From Pseudomonadota bacterium (GTDB taxonomy: Bacteria; Pseudomonadota; Gammaproteobacteria; Burkholderiales; Burkholderiaceae_C): DNA of 64,000 nt. A program made the position numbers and the translations under genes. The notes beneath the pieces were generated by a model, which searched no databases, was not told the DNA's origin, and saw only the letters and a list, made by a program, of their open reading frames with translations. The stretch is taken from positions 13,366 to 77,365 of the forward strand of contig JBEGOM010000002.1 in the NCBI GenBank assembly GCA_041181985.1, in the 5' to 3' direction. Position 1 is the stretch's first letter, and the number at the start of each line of letters is the position of its first letter. This document shows, piece after piece, positions 43,889 to 52,806 of the stretch.

Positions 43889-44686
43889 ATGGCCAAAATC
43901 TTTTGTATTGCCAACCAAAAAGGCGGCGTCGGCAAAACCACCACTACGGTCAACTTGGCCGCAGGCTTGGCCACCGTGGGTCAGCGTGTGTTGATGGTCG
44001 ATTTGGATCCGCAAGGCAACGCGACCATGGGTTCGGGCATTGACAAGCGCCAGTTGGCTTTGTCGGTCTACGATGTGCTATTGGGCTCATCCAGTTTGAG
44101 TGAAGCGCGTGTGCGCAGCCATTGGGGCGAAGAGTCTGGCCGTCAAAACATTCCCACGTATGACGTGCTCGGCGCCAACCGCGATTTGGCTGGTGCTGAA
44201 GTGGAGTTGGTGGAACTCGACAACCGCGAGAACCGATTGAAAGATGCCATCGCACAAGTGAGCGAAGAGTACGACTTTGTGCTTATAGATTGCCCACCGT
44301 CGCTGTCGATGCTGACCCTCAATGGCCTGTGTGCCGCGCACGGTGTGATCGTGCCCATGCAATGCGAATACTTTGCACTCGAAGGTTTGACCGATTTGGT
44401 GAACACCATCAAACAAGTGCATGCGAATTTGAATCGCGAACTCAAGATAATTGGTTTGTTGCGTGTCATGTTTGACCCACGCATCACCTTGCAACAACAA
44501 GTGAGTGATCAACTCAAAGACCACTTTGGTGACAAAGTGTTTAACGCAGTCATTCCGCGCAATGTGCGTTTGGCCGAAGCGCCCAGTTATGGATTGCCCG
44601 GCGTGGTGTTTGACCCTGCGGCAAAGGGCAGCCAAGCGTTTGTGGATTTCGCCAAAGAAATGGTGACACGGGTTGAAACCCTCTAG
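43889..44686 (+). CDS. parA: Chromosome partitioning ATPase ParA/Soj
   Basis: NQKGGVGKTT, DLDPQGNAT, IDCPPSL, QCEYFALEG, IPRNVRLAEAPS. Confidence 0.96.
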   Translation: MAKIFCIANQKGGVGKTTTTVNLAAGLATVGQRVLMVDLDPQGNATMGSGIDKRQLALSVYDVLLGSSSLSEARVRSHWGEESGRQNIPTYDVLGANRDLAGAEVELVELDNRENRLKDAIAQVSEEYDFVLIDCPPSLSMLTLNGLCAAHGVIVPMQCEYFALEGLTDLVNTIKQVHANLNRELKIIGLLRVMFDPRITLQQQVSDQLKDHFGDKVFNAVIPRNVRLAEAPSYGLPGVVFDPAAKGSQAFVDFAKEMVTRVETL

Positions 44687-44689
44687 GCC

Positions 44690-45244
44690 ATGACACCCAC
44701 GGTTTTGCTCTTGCCCGGTTGGCACAACAGCGGCCCAGCGCATTGGCAAAGTGTGTGGCAAGTGCAGCACGGCTACACCCGTGTGGAGCAACACAACTGG
44801 GATTGGCCACTGCGTGGTGACTGGTTGGCGCAGTTAGAAGAAGCGGTGTTGCAACACGAACAAAGTGTGCTGGTTGCGCACAGTTTGGGTTGCATACAAG
44901 TGGCTGCATGGGCAGCGCATTCGCACAACACACACCGTGTGGTGGGTGCATTGTTGGTGGCGCCGGGCGATGTGGAGCGCGTGGAGATGCAACACATGTT
45001 GCCGGGATGGAGCCCGATTGTGCGTGATCGTTTGCCCTTTGCCAGCACCTTGGTGGTGAGCCGCGATGACCCGTATTGCAGTTACATGCGTGCGAGTGCG
45101 TTGGCTTTGGCTTGGGGTTCGCGATTGGTGGATGTGGGTGCGTGTGGACACATCAATGCGGAATCAAATTTAGGCGATTGGCCGCAAGGTCATGCGTTGT
45201 TGGAAGAATTTTTGTTGGAAGAAAAAACACATCATGGTCACTAA
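44690..45244 (+). CDS. RBBP9/YdeN family alpha/beta serine hydrolase
   Basis: LPGW...HWQ, AHSLG nucleophile elbow, DDPY, GHIN. Confidence 0.88.
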   Translation: MTPTVLLLPGWHNSGPAHWQSVWQVQHGYTRVEQHNWDWPLRGDWLAQLEEAVLQHEQSVLVAHSLGCIQVAAWAAHSHNTHRVVGALLVAPGDVERVEMQHMLPGWSPIVRDRLPFASTLVVSRDDPYCSYMRASALALAWGSRLVDVGACGHINAESNLGDWPQGHALLEEFLLEEKTHHGH

Positions 45245-46151
45245 AAAACCAAAAGGCTTGGGTCGCGGTCTCGAAGCATTGCTTGGCCCCAAAGTAGACG
45301 ACAACGCGATTGCCAAAAAAGCAAAAGAAGAAGGTTTGCCCAGCACACTGCCTTTGAGTGAAATGGTGCCCGGCATGTACCAACCACGCACACGCATGGA
45401 CGAAGGTGCGTTGTTTGAGTTGGCAGAGAGCATCAAGGCGCAAGGCATCATGCAACCGATCTTGGTGCGTCAACTCACCGAAGGTCAACACAAAGGCAAA
45501 TACGAAATCATTGCCGGTGAACGCCGCAGCCGTGCAGCGAAATTGGCCGGCCTAGACACGGTGCCGGTGTTGGTGCGCAATGTGCCCAACGAAGCGGCTG
45601 CGGCGATGGCCTTGATTGAAAACATCCAACGCGAAGATTTGAACCCGTTGGAAGAGGCGCAAGGCTTGCAACGGTTGATCAAAGATTTTGGCTTGACACA
45701 CGAACAAGCGGCGCAAGCCGTGGGCCGTTCACGCAGTGCCGCGAGCAACTTGTTGCGTTTGCTCAATTTGGCAGAGCCTGTGCAAACCATGTTGATGGCT
45801 GGCGATGTAGACATGGGCCATGCGCGTGCCTTGTTGTCGTTGGATCGTGCGACACAAATCACAGCGGCGAATCAGATCACGGCAAAAAAAATGTCGGTGC
45901 GCGAAGCAGAAGCGTTGGTGAAAAAACTCAGCGCTGAATTCAACTTGACGCCACAAAAACCCAAAGCAGAAAAATCACGCGACCTCAAACGTGTGGAAGA
46001 AGAGTTGTCAGACGCACTCACGGCACAGGTGGAGATACGCATCAAGAAGCGTGTCAAACGACAAGGGCGTGTGCAAGAGATGGGTGAGTTGGCGATTCAA
46101 TTTGGTTCGCTCGATGAGTTGAACGGGTTGATTGAAAAACTTCGTCAGTAA
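45234..46151 (+). CDS. parB: Chromosome partitioning protein ParB
   Basis: GLGRGLEAL, YQPR, GIMQPI, IIAGERR, ENIQREDL, HTH SRSAASNLLRLL. Confidence 0.96.
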   Translation: MVTKKPKGLGRGLEALLGPKVDDNAIAKKAKEEGLPSTLPLSEMVPGMYQPRTRMDEGALFELAESIKAQGIMQPILVRQLTEGQHKGKYEIIAGERRSRAAKLAGLDTVPVLVRNVPNEAAAAMALIENIQREDLNPLEEAQGLQRLIKDFGLTHEQAAQAVGRSRSAASNLLRLLNLAEPVQTMLMAGDVDMGHARALLSLDRATQITAANQITAKKMSVREAEALVKKLSAEFNLTPQKPKAEKSRDLKRVEEELSDALTAQVEIRIKKRVKRQGRVQEMGELAIQFGSLDELNGLIEKLRQ

Positions 46152-46207
46152 CTTGTGTTTTGATTTCTTGTTTTGACATACAACATCGAATCAAGAAAGA
46201 GGCCTCT

Positions 46208-47122
46208 ATGTCATTGCCCCCCTCAGCTGAAGCGCCGATCACATGGCCGCCGTTGTTTTGGTGGGGTCTGGCGGTGATTTTGGGGGCGACTGCTGCGGGG
46301 TGGTGGTTGGCTCAGCCGGGTTTCATGGCGGTGTTGTTTGCGGTGTTGTTGTTGCTGGTATTTGTCAGGGGGACAGTTTCACAGCACAACACTTTGAAGG
46401 CGCAAATTGAAAAGCGCGAACAAGACATACAAATCTTGCAGCAAGTGCAAGCCAACAAGAACGAGTTGTTGGCAACCATCAGCCATGAGTTGCGCACACC
46501 GTTGAATGTGGTGATGGGTTTGCACCCAAGCATTCAAGAGGGCGTGAAATACGACGCACAGGCGCAAGCGCTGTTGGATCAAATGCAGGCAGCCACCCAA
46601 GACTTGTTGCAAGCGTTTCAAAGCATATTGGACACGTCGCAACCGAAAGCAAAACCCGCGACTGCTGAGACAACCTTGAGCGCTGCACAACAACAGGCGG
46701 TGCAGACCATGGCTCAAGGCGGGTGGCAGTTCTTGGTGGTCGATGACAACCCTTTGAACTTGCTGGTGTTGCGCATGATGTTGGAGAAACGATTCCCCAA
46801 TGCAGAGATGGTGTGCCTGAACGACGCCTACGCCGCGATGCAATATTTGACCAACATGCCCTTGCCGCATATGCTGCTGTTGGATGTCTGGATGCCTGAC
46901 ATGAATGGTTATGACTTGTCGCGCTGGGTGCGAAACCATGCGCGGGCGGATCTGGCCGATTTACCTATCGTGGCCATCACGGGCACGATGCGCGCAGAAG
47001 ATGTAGCGTTACGACAAAACTGCGGCATCAACGATGTGGTTCACAAACCGCTCGATGAACACCAACTGTGTGTGTGCGTGAGTCAGGCGTTGCACGCTGC
47101 AAACAACCGGGAGCATGCGTGA
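46208..47122 (+). CDS. Membrane protein with HisKA (phospho-His) and receiver domains but no HATPase domain
   Basis: 2 TM, ISHELRTPLN H-box, short linker, REC with VVDD / LLDVWMP / AITG / HKP; GAGG RBS before ATG 46208. Confidence 0.8.
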   Translation: MSLPPSAEAPITWPPLFWWGLAVILGATAAGWWLAQPGFMAVLFAVLLLLVFVRGTVSQHNTLKAQIEKREQDIQILQQVQANKNELLATISHELRTPLNVVMGLHPSIQEGVKYDAQAQALLDQMQAATQDLLQAFQSILDTSQPKAKPATAETTLSAAQQQAVQTMAQGGWQFLVVDDNPLNLLVLRMMLEKRFPNAEMVCLNDAYAAMQYLTNMPLPHMLLLDVWMPDMNGYDLSRWVRNHARADLADLPIVAITGTMRAEDVALRQNCGINDVVHKPLDEHQLCVCVSQALHAANNREHA

Positions 47123-47997
47123 AGCTAGCGGGCGATCTGGCAACGCTTGGTTTTTATCTGATTGGCGCGGTGGTCATGGCGCTCATTTGGTGGTGGTTAT
47201 TGCAACCGCCTGGGGTGTTTTTCAAGCACCGCGCGCGCGCCCGATTGCAATCCTTAGATGCACAACAAAAAACTTGGGTTGACAAAGCAAGAGCACACGA
47301 TCGTTTGGTCGATGGCGTGGTCGTTGCGATGCGCCAACCGGTGCATGCGGTGCTGCAACTCAACGCCAGAGTGCGCGAGCGCAAAGACTTGTCAGAACAG
47401 GTGCGCATGTATTTGAAGCAAGCCAACGATGCTGTTGCTCATTTACAAACCATCGTGAATGATTTGCTAGACCCCGTTCACAACCGCGCGCAAGGTGATA
47501 TGCCTGTGTTACGGGTCACGCTAGAGCCCTGTGATGTACGCACCGTGGTGACGCAAGCCTTTGAAGGGTTTGCCTTGCGCTGTGAACAGATGGGCCTGAA
47601 CTACCACTGCCAAATCCATGACGATGTGCCCGAACTGTTCTTGACAGATGCCAACCGCTTGAAGCAGGTGTTGAGCAATTTGTTGGGCAATGCGGTGAAG
47701 TTCACCCACAAGGGGCGCATCAGCTTGCAGGTCAGTGCCAATACGCACCATGTGATGTTTGAGGTGGAAGACTCGGGTGTGGGGATTGCTTCGCACCAAC
47801 AAGCGATTATTTTTGATCGCTACATGCAGGCCCAGGACAATATTTACGAACGTTATGGTGGTCACGGTTTGGGCTTGGCGATTTCGCGCCAATTGGTGAC
47901 GCAACTCGGTGGCCAGCTGGGTGTGGCCAGTGTGTTGGGGCAGGGCTCGCGTTTTTGGTTCAGCTTGCCCCGCAATCCAAGGCTTAATGCAGGCTGA
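47119..47997 (+). CDS. Membrane protein with His-less pseudo-HisKA and intact HATPase domain
   Basis: GTG start overlapping the upstream TGA; 1 TM; VVAMRQPV replaces SHELRTPL; N box NLLGNAVKFT, G1 EDSGVGI, G2 GHGLGLAIS. Confidence 0.8.
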   Translation: MKLAGDLATLGFYLIGAVVMALIWWWLLQPPGVFFKHRARARLQSLDAQQKTWVDKARAHDRLVDGVVVAMRQPVHAVLQLNARVRERKDLSEQVRMYLKQANDAVAHLQTIVNDLLDPVHNRAQGDMPVLRVTLEPCDVRTVVTQAFEGFALRCEQMGLNYHCQIHDDVPELFLTDANRLKQVLSNLLGNAVKFTHKGRISLQVSANTHHVMFEVEDSGVGIASHQQAIIFDRYMQAQDNIYERYGGHGLGLAISRQLVTQLGGQLGVASVLGQGSRFWFSLPRNPRLNAG

Positions 47998-49414
47998 AAA
48001 TTTTGCCGGGGTTCATGATGTTGTCGGGGTCGAGTGCACGTTTGATGGTGCGCATCATGTCCACCGCGCCTTCGCCGGTTTCGGTCAACAAGAAATCCAT
48101 CTTGTGCAAACCAATGCCGTGTTCACCGGTGCAGGTGCCTTCTAAACGCAAGGCACGTTGCACCAATTGGTGATTGAGGGCTTCGGCGGTTTCGCGCTCA
48201 GCAGGAATGTTGGGGTCGATCAAATAACCGAAGTGGAAATTGCCATCGCCGACATGGCCGACCAAGAAATAAGGAATGCCTGAAGCGTCTGCTTCGGCCA
48301 CCGAGTCGAGCAAGCAATCGGCCAAGCGGCTGATGGGCACGCAGGTGTCGGTGCTGATGGCACGACAACCGGGCTTGCTTTGAATCGCGGCAAAGTAAGC
48401 GTTGTGACGCGCGGTCCACAAGCGGGTGCGCTCTTCGGGTGTGGTGGCCCATTCAAACGATTGACCGCCGTGGTCGTTGGCAATTTCTTGCACGGTTTCG
48501 GCTTGCTCTTTCACACCGGCGGGTGAGCCGTGGAACTCCATCAACAACATGGGTGATTCACTTAAACCCAATTTCGCATACGCGTTGACCATGCGCACGG
48601 TGTTGTTGTCGATCAACTCGACGCGTGCAATCGGCACACCCATTTGAATGATGGCGATGGTGGTGTGCACCGCCGCTTCGATGCTGGGGAACGAACACAC
48701 TGCGGCTGACACGGCTTCGGGCAGGGGGTACAAACGCAAGGTGACTTCGGTGATCACACCCAGCGTGCCTTCACTGCCAACCATCAAGCGGGTGAGGTCG
48801 TAGCCTGCGCTCGATTTTTTGGCGCGCGTACCGGTGCGAATGACGCTGCCGTTGGCGGTGACCACTTCGAGGGCCAACACGTTTTCGCGCATGGTGCCGT
48901 AGCGCACGGCGTTGGTGCCGCTGGCGCGGGTGGCGCTCATGCCACCGATGGACGCATCAGCGCCGGGGTCGATCGGAAAGAACAAACCGGTGCTTTTGAT
49001 TTCGTCGTTGAGTTGTTTGCGGGTGACGCCGGGTTGAACGGTAACAGTGAGGTCTTCGGCGTTGATCGACAAAATCTTGTTCATGCGGCCCACATCAATG
49101 CTGATACCGCCTTGCACCGCCAACAAGTGGCCTTCAAGCGACGAGCCCACACCGAATGGAATGACCGGCACTTTGTATTCGGCAGCGAGCTTGACCGCAT
49201 CGGCCACATCTTGTGTGCTTTCGGCAAAGATGACGGCGGCGGGTGGCGGCACTGTGGTGAACGCTGACTCGTCGCGGCCGTGCTGTTCGCGAATCACTTG
49301 GGCGGTGGAGCAGTTGTTGCCAAAGCGCGCGTTGAGCTTTTGCAACAAGGCCTCGGGCACTTCGCGTTGGGCGACCACAGGGGCCAAGTGTTCGTGGGAA
49401 ATGGGGGCGTTCAT
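47984..49414 (-). CDS. FAD-linked 2-hydroxyacid dehydrogenase (D-lactate dehydrogenase/GlcD-like)
   Basis: PFGVGSSLEGH, FPIDPGA, GSEGTLG, HVGDGNFH, TGEHGIG, ALDPDNIMNPGK. Confidence 0.9.
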   Translation of the reverse strand: MNAPISHEHLAPVVAQREVPEALLQKLNARFGNNCSTAQVIREQHGRDESAFTTVPPPAAVIFAESTQDVADAVKLAAEYKVPVIPFGVGSSLEGHLLAVQGGISIDVGRMNKILSINAEDLTVTVQPGVTRKQLNDEIKSTGLFFPIDPGADASIGGMSATRASGTNAVRYGTMRENVLALEVVTANGSVIRTGTRAKKSSAGYDLTRLMVGSEGTLGVITEVTLRLYPLPEAVSAAVCSFPSIEAAVHTTIAIIQMGVPIARVELIDNNTVRMVNAYAKLGLSESPMLLMEFHGSPAGVKEQAETVQEIANDHGGQSFEWATTPEERTRLWTARHNAYFAAIQSKPGCRAISTDTCVPISRLADCLLDSVAEADASGIPYFLVGHVGDGNFHFGYLIDPNIPAERETAEALNHQLVQRALRLEGTCTGEHGIGLHKMDFLLTETGEGAVDMMRTIKRALDPDNIMNPGKIFSLH

Positions 49415-49551
49415 AGGTGTGTCTCCGTGATCGTTGCGATTCTACGGAGAAGCCCAAAAACCTGCTACGCACATGGGCGACAGTGGCGACAAGGGTTAGG
49501 GACGGTTGCAGTGGCGCAATAATAGGCAGCACAACACACAAAGGCGAACAC

Positions 49552-50112
49552 ATGGGCAACCGACTGACGCAAATCGCGACCCGCACCGGCGACGCAGGCA
49601 CCACTGGCTTGGGCAACAACCAACGCGTGTCGAAAAACAGTTTGCGCGTGCATGCTATGGGTGAGGTGGATGAACTCAATTCACACATTGGCGTGTTGTT
49701 GTGCGAAGACATGACCAGCGATGTGCGCGATGTGTTGGTTGAAATTCAACACCAGTTGTTCAACCTTGGCGGTGAGTTGTCTATTCCTGGTTTTGAGTTG
49801 CTCAAAGACGAAGCGGTGATGGCGTTAGACGAAGCGCTCGAGCGCTACAACGCACAACTGCCAAAACTTGAAGAATTCATTTTGCCTGCGGGCACACGCG
49901 GCGCCAGTTTGGCGCATGTGTGTCGCACCGTGGCACGGCGCGCCGAGCGCGCGGTGGTGGCGTTGGGCAATGAAGAGTCGATCCGTGAAGCACCTCGCCA
50001 ATACCTCAACCGTTTGAGCGATTTGATGTTTGTGTTGGCGCGCGTGCTCAACCGCATGCACGGTGGCGACGATGTGTATTGGAAAAGCGAACGCATGAAA
50101 AAATCAGGCTGA
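49552..50112 (+). CDS. PduO-type cob(I)alamin adenosyltransferase
   Basis: TRTGDAGTT, GEVDELNS, FILPAG, RTVARRAER, YLNRLSD. Confidence 0.92.
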   Translation: MGNRLTQIATRTGDAGTTGLGNNQRVSKNSLRVHAMGEVDELNSHIGVLLCEDMTSDVRDVLVEIQHQLFNLGGELSIPGFELLKDEAVMALDEALERYNAQLPKLEEFILPAGTRGASLAHVCRTVARRAERAVVALGNEESIREAPRQYLNRLSDLMFVLARVLNRMHGGDDVYWKSERMKKSG

Positions 50113-50124
50113 GGTGAATCAGAT

Positions 50125-52338
50125 ATGGCTACGGTCTCTCACCACAACACGCATGCGCCTTCTGAGGCCCTCTCAGAGGCGCCACCCTTTGTGCCGCAAA
50201 TTCGTTTGTATCAAAACTGGTTGCGTGATCAACATGGTTTGACCTTCGATAACTACGACGCGTTGTGGCGTTGGTCGATCACCGACATGAATGCGTTTTG
50301 GCAAAGCATTTGGGATTATTTTGATTTGCAGTCCCCCACGCCACACACTGCGGCCTTGGTGAAAAACACCATGCCGGGTGCACAGTGGTTCTGCGGTGCG
50401 CAAGTGAATTACGCACAACAAGCGTTTCGCCATGTTGAGGCGGCGCATGCGGCAGGTTTTGCGGCCATCATCAGTCGCAATGAAAAAGGTGTGCACCGCG
50501 AACTCTCGTGGCCCGAGTTGAAACGGCAAGCCGCATCGATGGCTTTGCATTTGAAAGCGCAAGGCGTACAACCCGGCGACCGTGTGGCAGCGTATTTGCC
50601 CAATGTGCCAGAAGCCATGGTGGCGTTCATGGCAACGGTCAGCATTGGTGGTGTGTGGAGCATTTGCGCGCCCGACATGGGCACCAACGCGGTGTTAGAT
50701 CGCTTTGCACAGATCGAACCCAAAGTGTTGATTGCGTGCGACGGCGTGATTTATGGTGGTCGCGACCACGACCGTTTGCAAGTGGTGCGCGAGATGCGCG
50801 ACGCGTTGCCGACGGTCAAACACCTCATCGTGTGGCGCAACTTGCATGACACCAGTGACTTGGCTTCGGTGGGTTTTGCAAACGACACAGACTTTGTCAG
50901 CACCACACAACGCAACGACGACGCGACGCAAAACTTCGAACCCATGTGGTTGCCGTTTGACCATCCGTTGTGGATTGTGTATTCGAGTGGCACCACCGGT
51001 TTGCCCAAGCCCATCGTGCATGGTCATGGTGGCACCTTGGTGGTGGCCTTGGCGCTGAAAATTTTGCACAACGACATTGGTTGCAGTTACCACCCCAACA
51101 GTTGGGGCGAGCGTTACCACTGGTACAGCTCGACTGGTTGGGTGATGTGGAATGCACAAATGAGTGGTTTGCTCAACGGCACCACCTGTGTGATTTTTGA
51201 TGGCAACCCCGGTGGTACCAAAGACAAACCCGATTGGTCCACCTTGTGGCTTTTTGCAGCTGACACCGGTGTGACTTTTTTTGGCGCGGGCGCGGCCTTT
51301 TTTGCGAACTGTTTGAAAGCGGGTGTTGACCTGACGGTCATGCCGGCATTGAGGCGAGTGCGTGCGTTGGGAACCACGGGGTCGCCCTTGAGTGAAGACG
51401 CGCAAAAGTGGGGTACGGCTCAATTTCGTGCGTTGACTTCTCGCGACAGGGCTGACCGTTTTGCCGCCGGGCCGCCCCAAGGCAAAACAGCCCCCTCGGG
51501 GGGCAGCGAGGACGCGACAGCGCCGAGCGTGGGGGCCGACATCTGGTGGTGCAACATCTCCGGTGGCACAGACTTCGCCGGCGCTTTCATTGGCGGCAAC
51601 CGCGAGTTGCCCTTGGTGCCCGGTGAAATGCAATGCCGTTTATTGGGTTGCGCGGTCGAGTCGTGGAGTGAACAGGGCCAACCCATTGCGGGTGATGTGG
51701 GTGAGTTGGTGTGCGCACAACCGATTCCCTCGATGCCATTGTATTTTTGGAACGACAAGAACAACACGCGTTATTTGTCGAGCTATTTCGACATGTATCC
51801 CGCCGGTCATGGACGCATGCCTGGTGGGGGTGATGGCCCTGCAGAAATGGGTGCGGTGTGGCGTCATGGTGATTGGCTAAAAATCACACCCAGTGGTTCA
51901 TGCGTGATTTATGGACGCAGCGATGCCACCATCAACCGCCATGGTTTGCGCATGGGCACCAGCGAGTTGTACAGCGCGGTCGAAGCGTTGCCCGAAGTGC
52001 TCGACAGCATGGTGGTCGATTTGGAATATTTGGGACGCGAGAGTTACATGCCACTCTTTGTGGCGTTGCGCGAAGGCGTCACACTGGACGATGCGATGAA
52101 AGCCAAATTGAACAACGCCATCAAAACCGCGTTGAGTCCACGCTTTGTGCCCAACGATATTTTTCAGGTGAAAGAAATTCCACGCACTTTGACGGGCAAG
52201 AAGCAAGAGCTGCCCATCAAAAAGCTCATGCTCGGTCAACCGATTGAAAAAGTGGTCAACATCGACGCCATGGCCAACCCTGGGTGTTTAGATTGGTATG
52301 TGCAGTTGGCCAAACAACACTTGGCGAAACAAACATGA
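50125..52338 (+). CDS. Acetoacetate-CoA ligase (acetoacetyl-CoA synthetase)
   Basis: YSSGTTGLPKPIVH, GWVMWN, ISGGTD, WRHGD, GRSDAT, TGKKQE; contains an in-frame palindromic insert. Confidence 0.9.
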   Translation: MATVSHHNTHAPSEALSEAPPFVPQIRLYQNWLRDQHGLTFDNYDALWRWSITDMNAFWQSIWDYFDLQSPTPHTAALVKNTMPGAQWFCGAQVNYAQQAFRHVEAAHAAGFAAIISRNEKGVHRELSWPELKRQAASMALHLKAQGVQPGDRVAAYLPNVPEAMVAFMATVSIGGVWSICAPDMGTNAVLDRFAQIEPKVLIACDGVIYGGRDHDRLQVVREMRDALPTVKHLIVWRNLHDTSDLASVGFANDTDFVSTTQRNDDATQNFEPMWLPFDHPLWIVYSSGTTGLPKPIVHGHGGTLVVALALKILHNDIGCSYHPNSWGERYHWYSSTGWVMWNAQMSGLLNGTTCVIFDGNPGGTKDKPDWSTLWLFAADTGVTFFGAGAAFFANCLKAGVDLTVMPALRRVRALGTTGSPLSEDAQKWGTAQFRALTSRDRADRFAAGPPQGKTAPSGGSEDATAPSVGADIWWCNISGGTDFAGAFIGGNRELPLVPGEMQCRLLGCAVESWSEQGQPIAGDVGELVCAQPIPSMPLYFWNDKNNTRYLSSYFDMYPAGHGRMPGGGDGPAEMGAVWRHGDWLKITPSGSCVIYGRSDATINRHGLRMGTSELYSAVEALPEVLDSMVVDLEYLGRESYMPLFVALREGVTLDDAMKAKLNNAIKTALSPRFVPNDIFQVKEIPRTLTGKKQELPIKKLMLGQPIEKVVNIDAMANPGCLDWYVQLAKQHLAKQT
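51445..51537. repeat. GC-rich palindromic element inserted in frame in the CoA ligase
   Basis: GTTTTGCC(51458-65)/GGCAAAAC(51481-88) and GCCCCC-TCG-GGGGGC (51490-51504) hairpins; encodes about 30 aa of extra sequence. Confidence 0.65.
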
Positions 52339-52802
52339 CCCTACCATCCCCACAGTTGCAACATGTGTGCGATGTTGCTGTCACCATCGATGCCCCGGTT
52401 GAAGTCGGCCAAACGGCCATGGGCTTGCGTCGCATGATCCCCATCACCGGCGGCACCGTGAGTGGCCCCTTGATGAACGGAAAAATTGTGCCCGGCGGCG
52501 CAGACTTTCAATTGATTTTGGGCGATGGCACACAAGCGCATTTAGATGCACGCTATGTGTTGGAACTCAACGATGGCACCCGCGTGTTTGTGCAAAACAC
52601 CGCCTTGCGCGTGGCCTCCGCAGAAGACTCCGCCAAGATCAGACGCGGTGAACCCGTAGACCCCAGCCGCGTTTACTTTCGCTGCCAACCCAAGTTTGAA
52701 GCGAGCAACGCCACATGGGCATGGTTAGCAGAGCATCAATTCATTGGCACCGGTGTGCGCTTACCCGATGCTGTGCATTTGAGCTTTTACAAAGTGGTGT
52801 GA
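52335..52802 (+). CDS. DUF3237 family protein
   Basis: G.RRMIPITGG, PGGADFQ, LDARY, YFRC.P.FE; ATGA overlap with the ligase. Confidence 0.85.
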   Translation: MTLPSPQLQHVCDVAVTIDAPVEVGQTAMGLRRMIPITGGTVSGPLMNGKIVPGGADFQLILGDGTQAHLDARYVLELNDGTRVFVQNTALRVASAEDSAKIRRGEPVDPSRVYFRCQPKFEASNATWAWLAEHQFIGTGVRLPDAVHLSFYKVV

Positions 52803-52806
52803 CGCA

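Noticed and set aside
46208-47997. Interpretation as a single frameshifted hybrid-kinase pseudogene
   Set aside because: The domain order (HisKA-REC, then TM-pseudoHisKA-HATPase) cannot be restored to HisKA-HATPase-REC by a frameshift, and both ORFs are intact with a 4-nt coupling overlap.
49415-49551. Possible cobalamin riboswitch upstream of pduO
   Set aside because: The spacer is only 137 bp and shared with a divergent gene, and no B12-box motif is recognisable.
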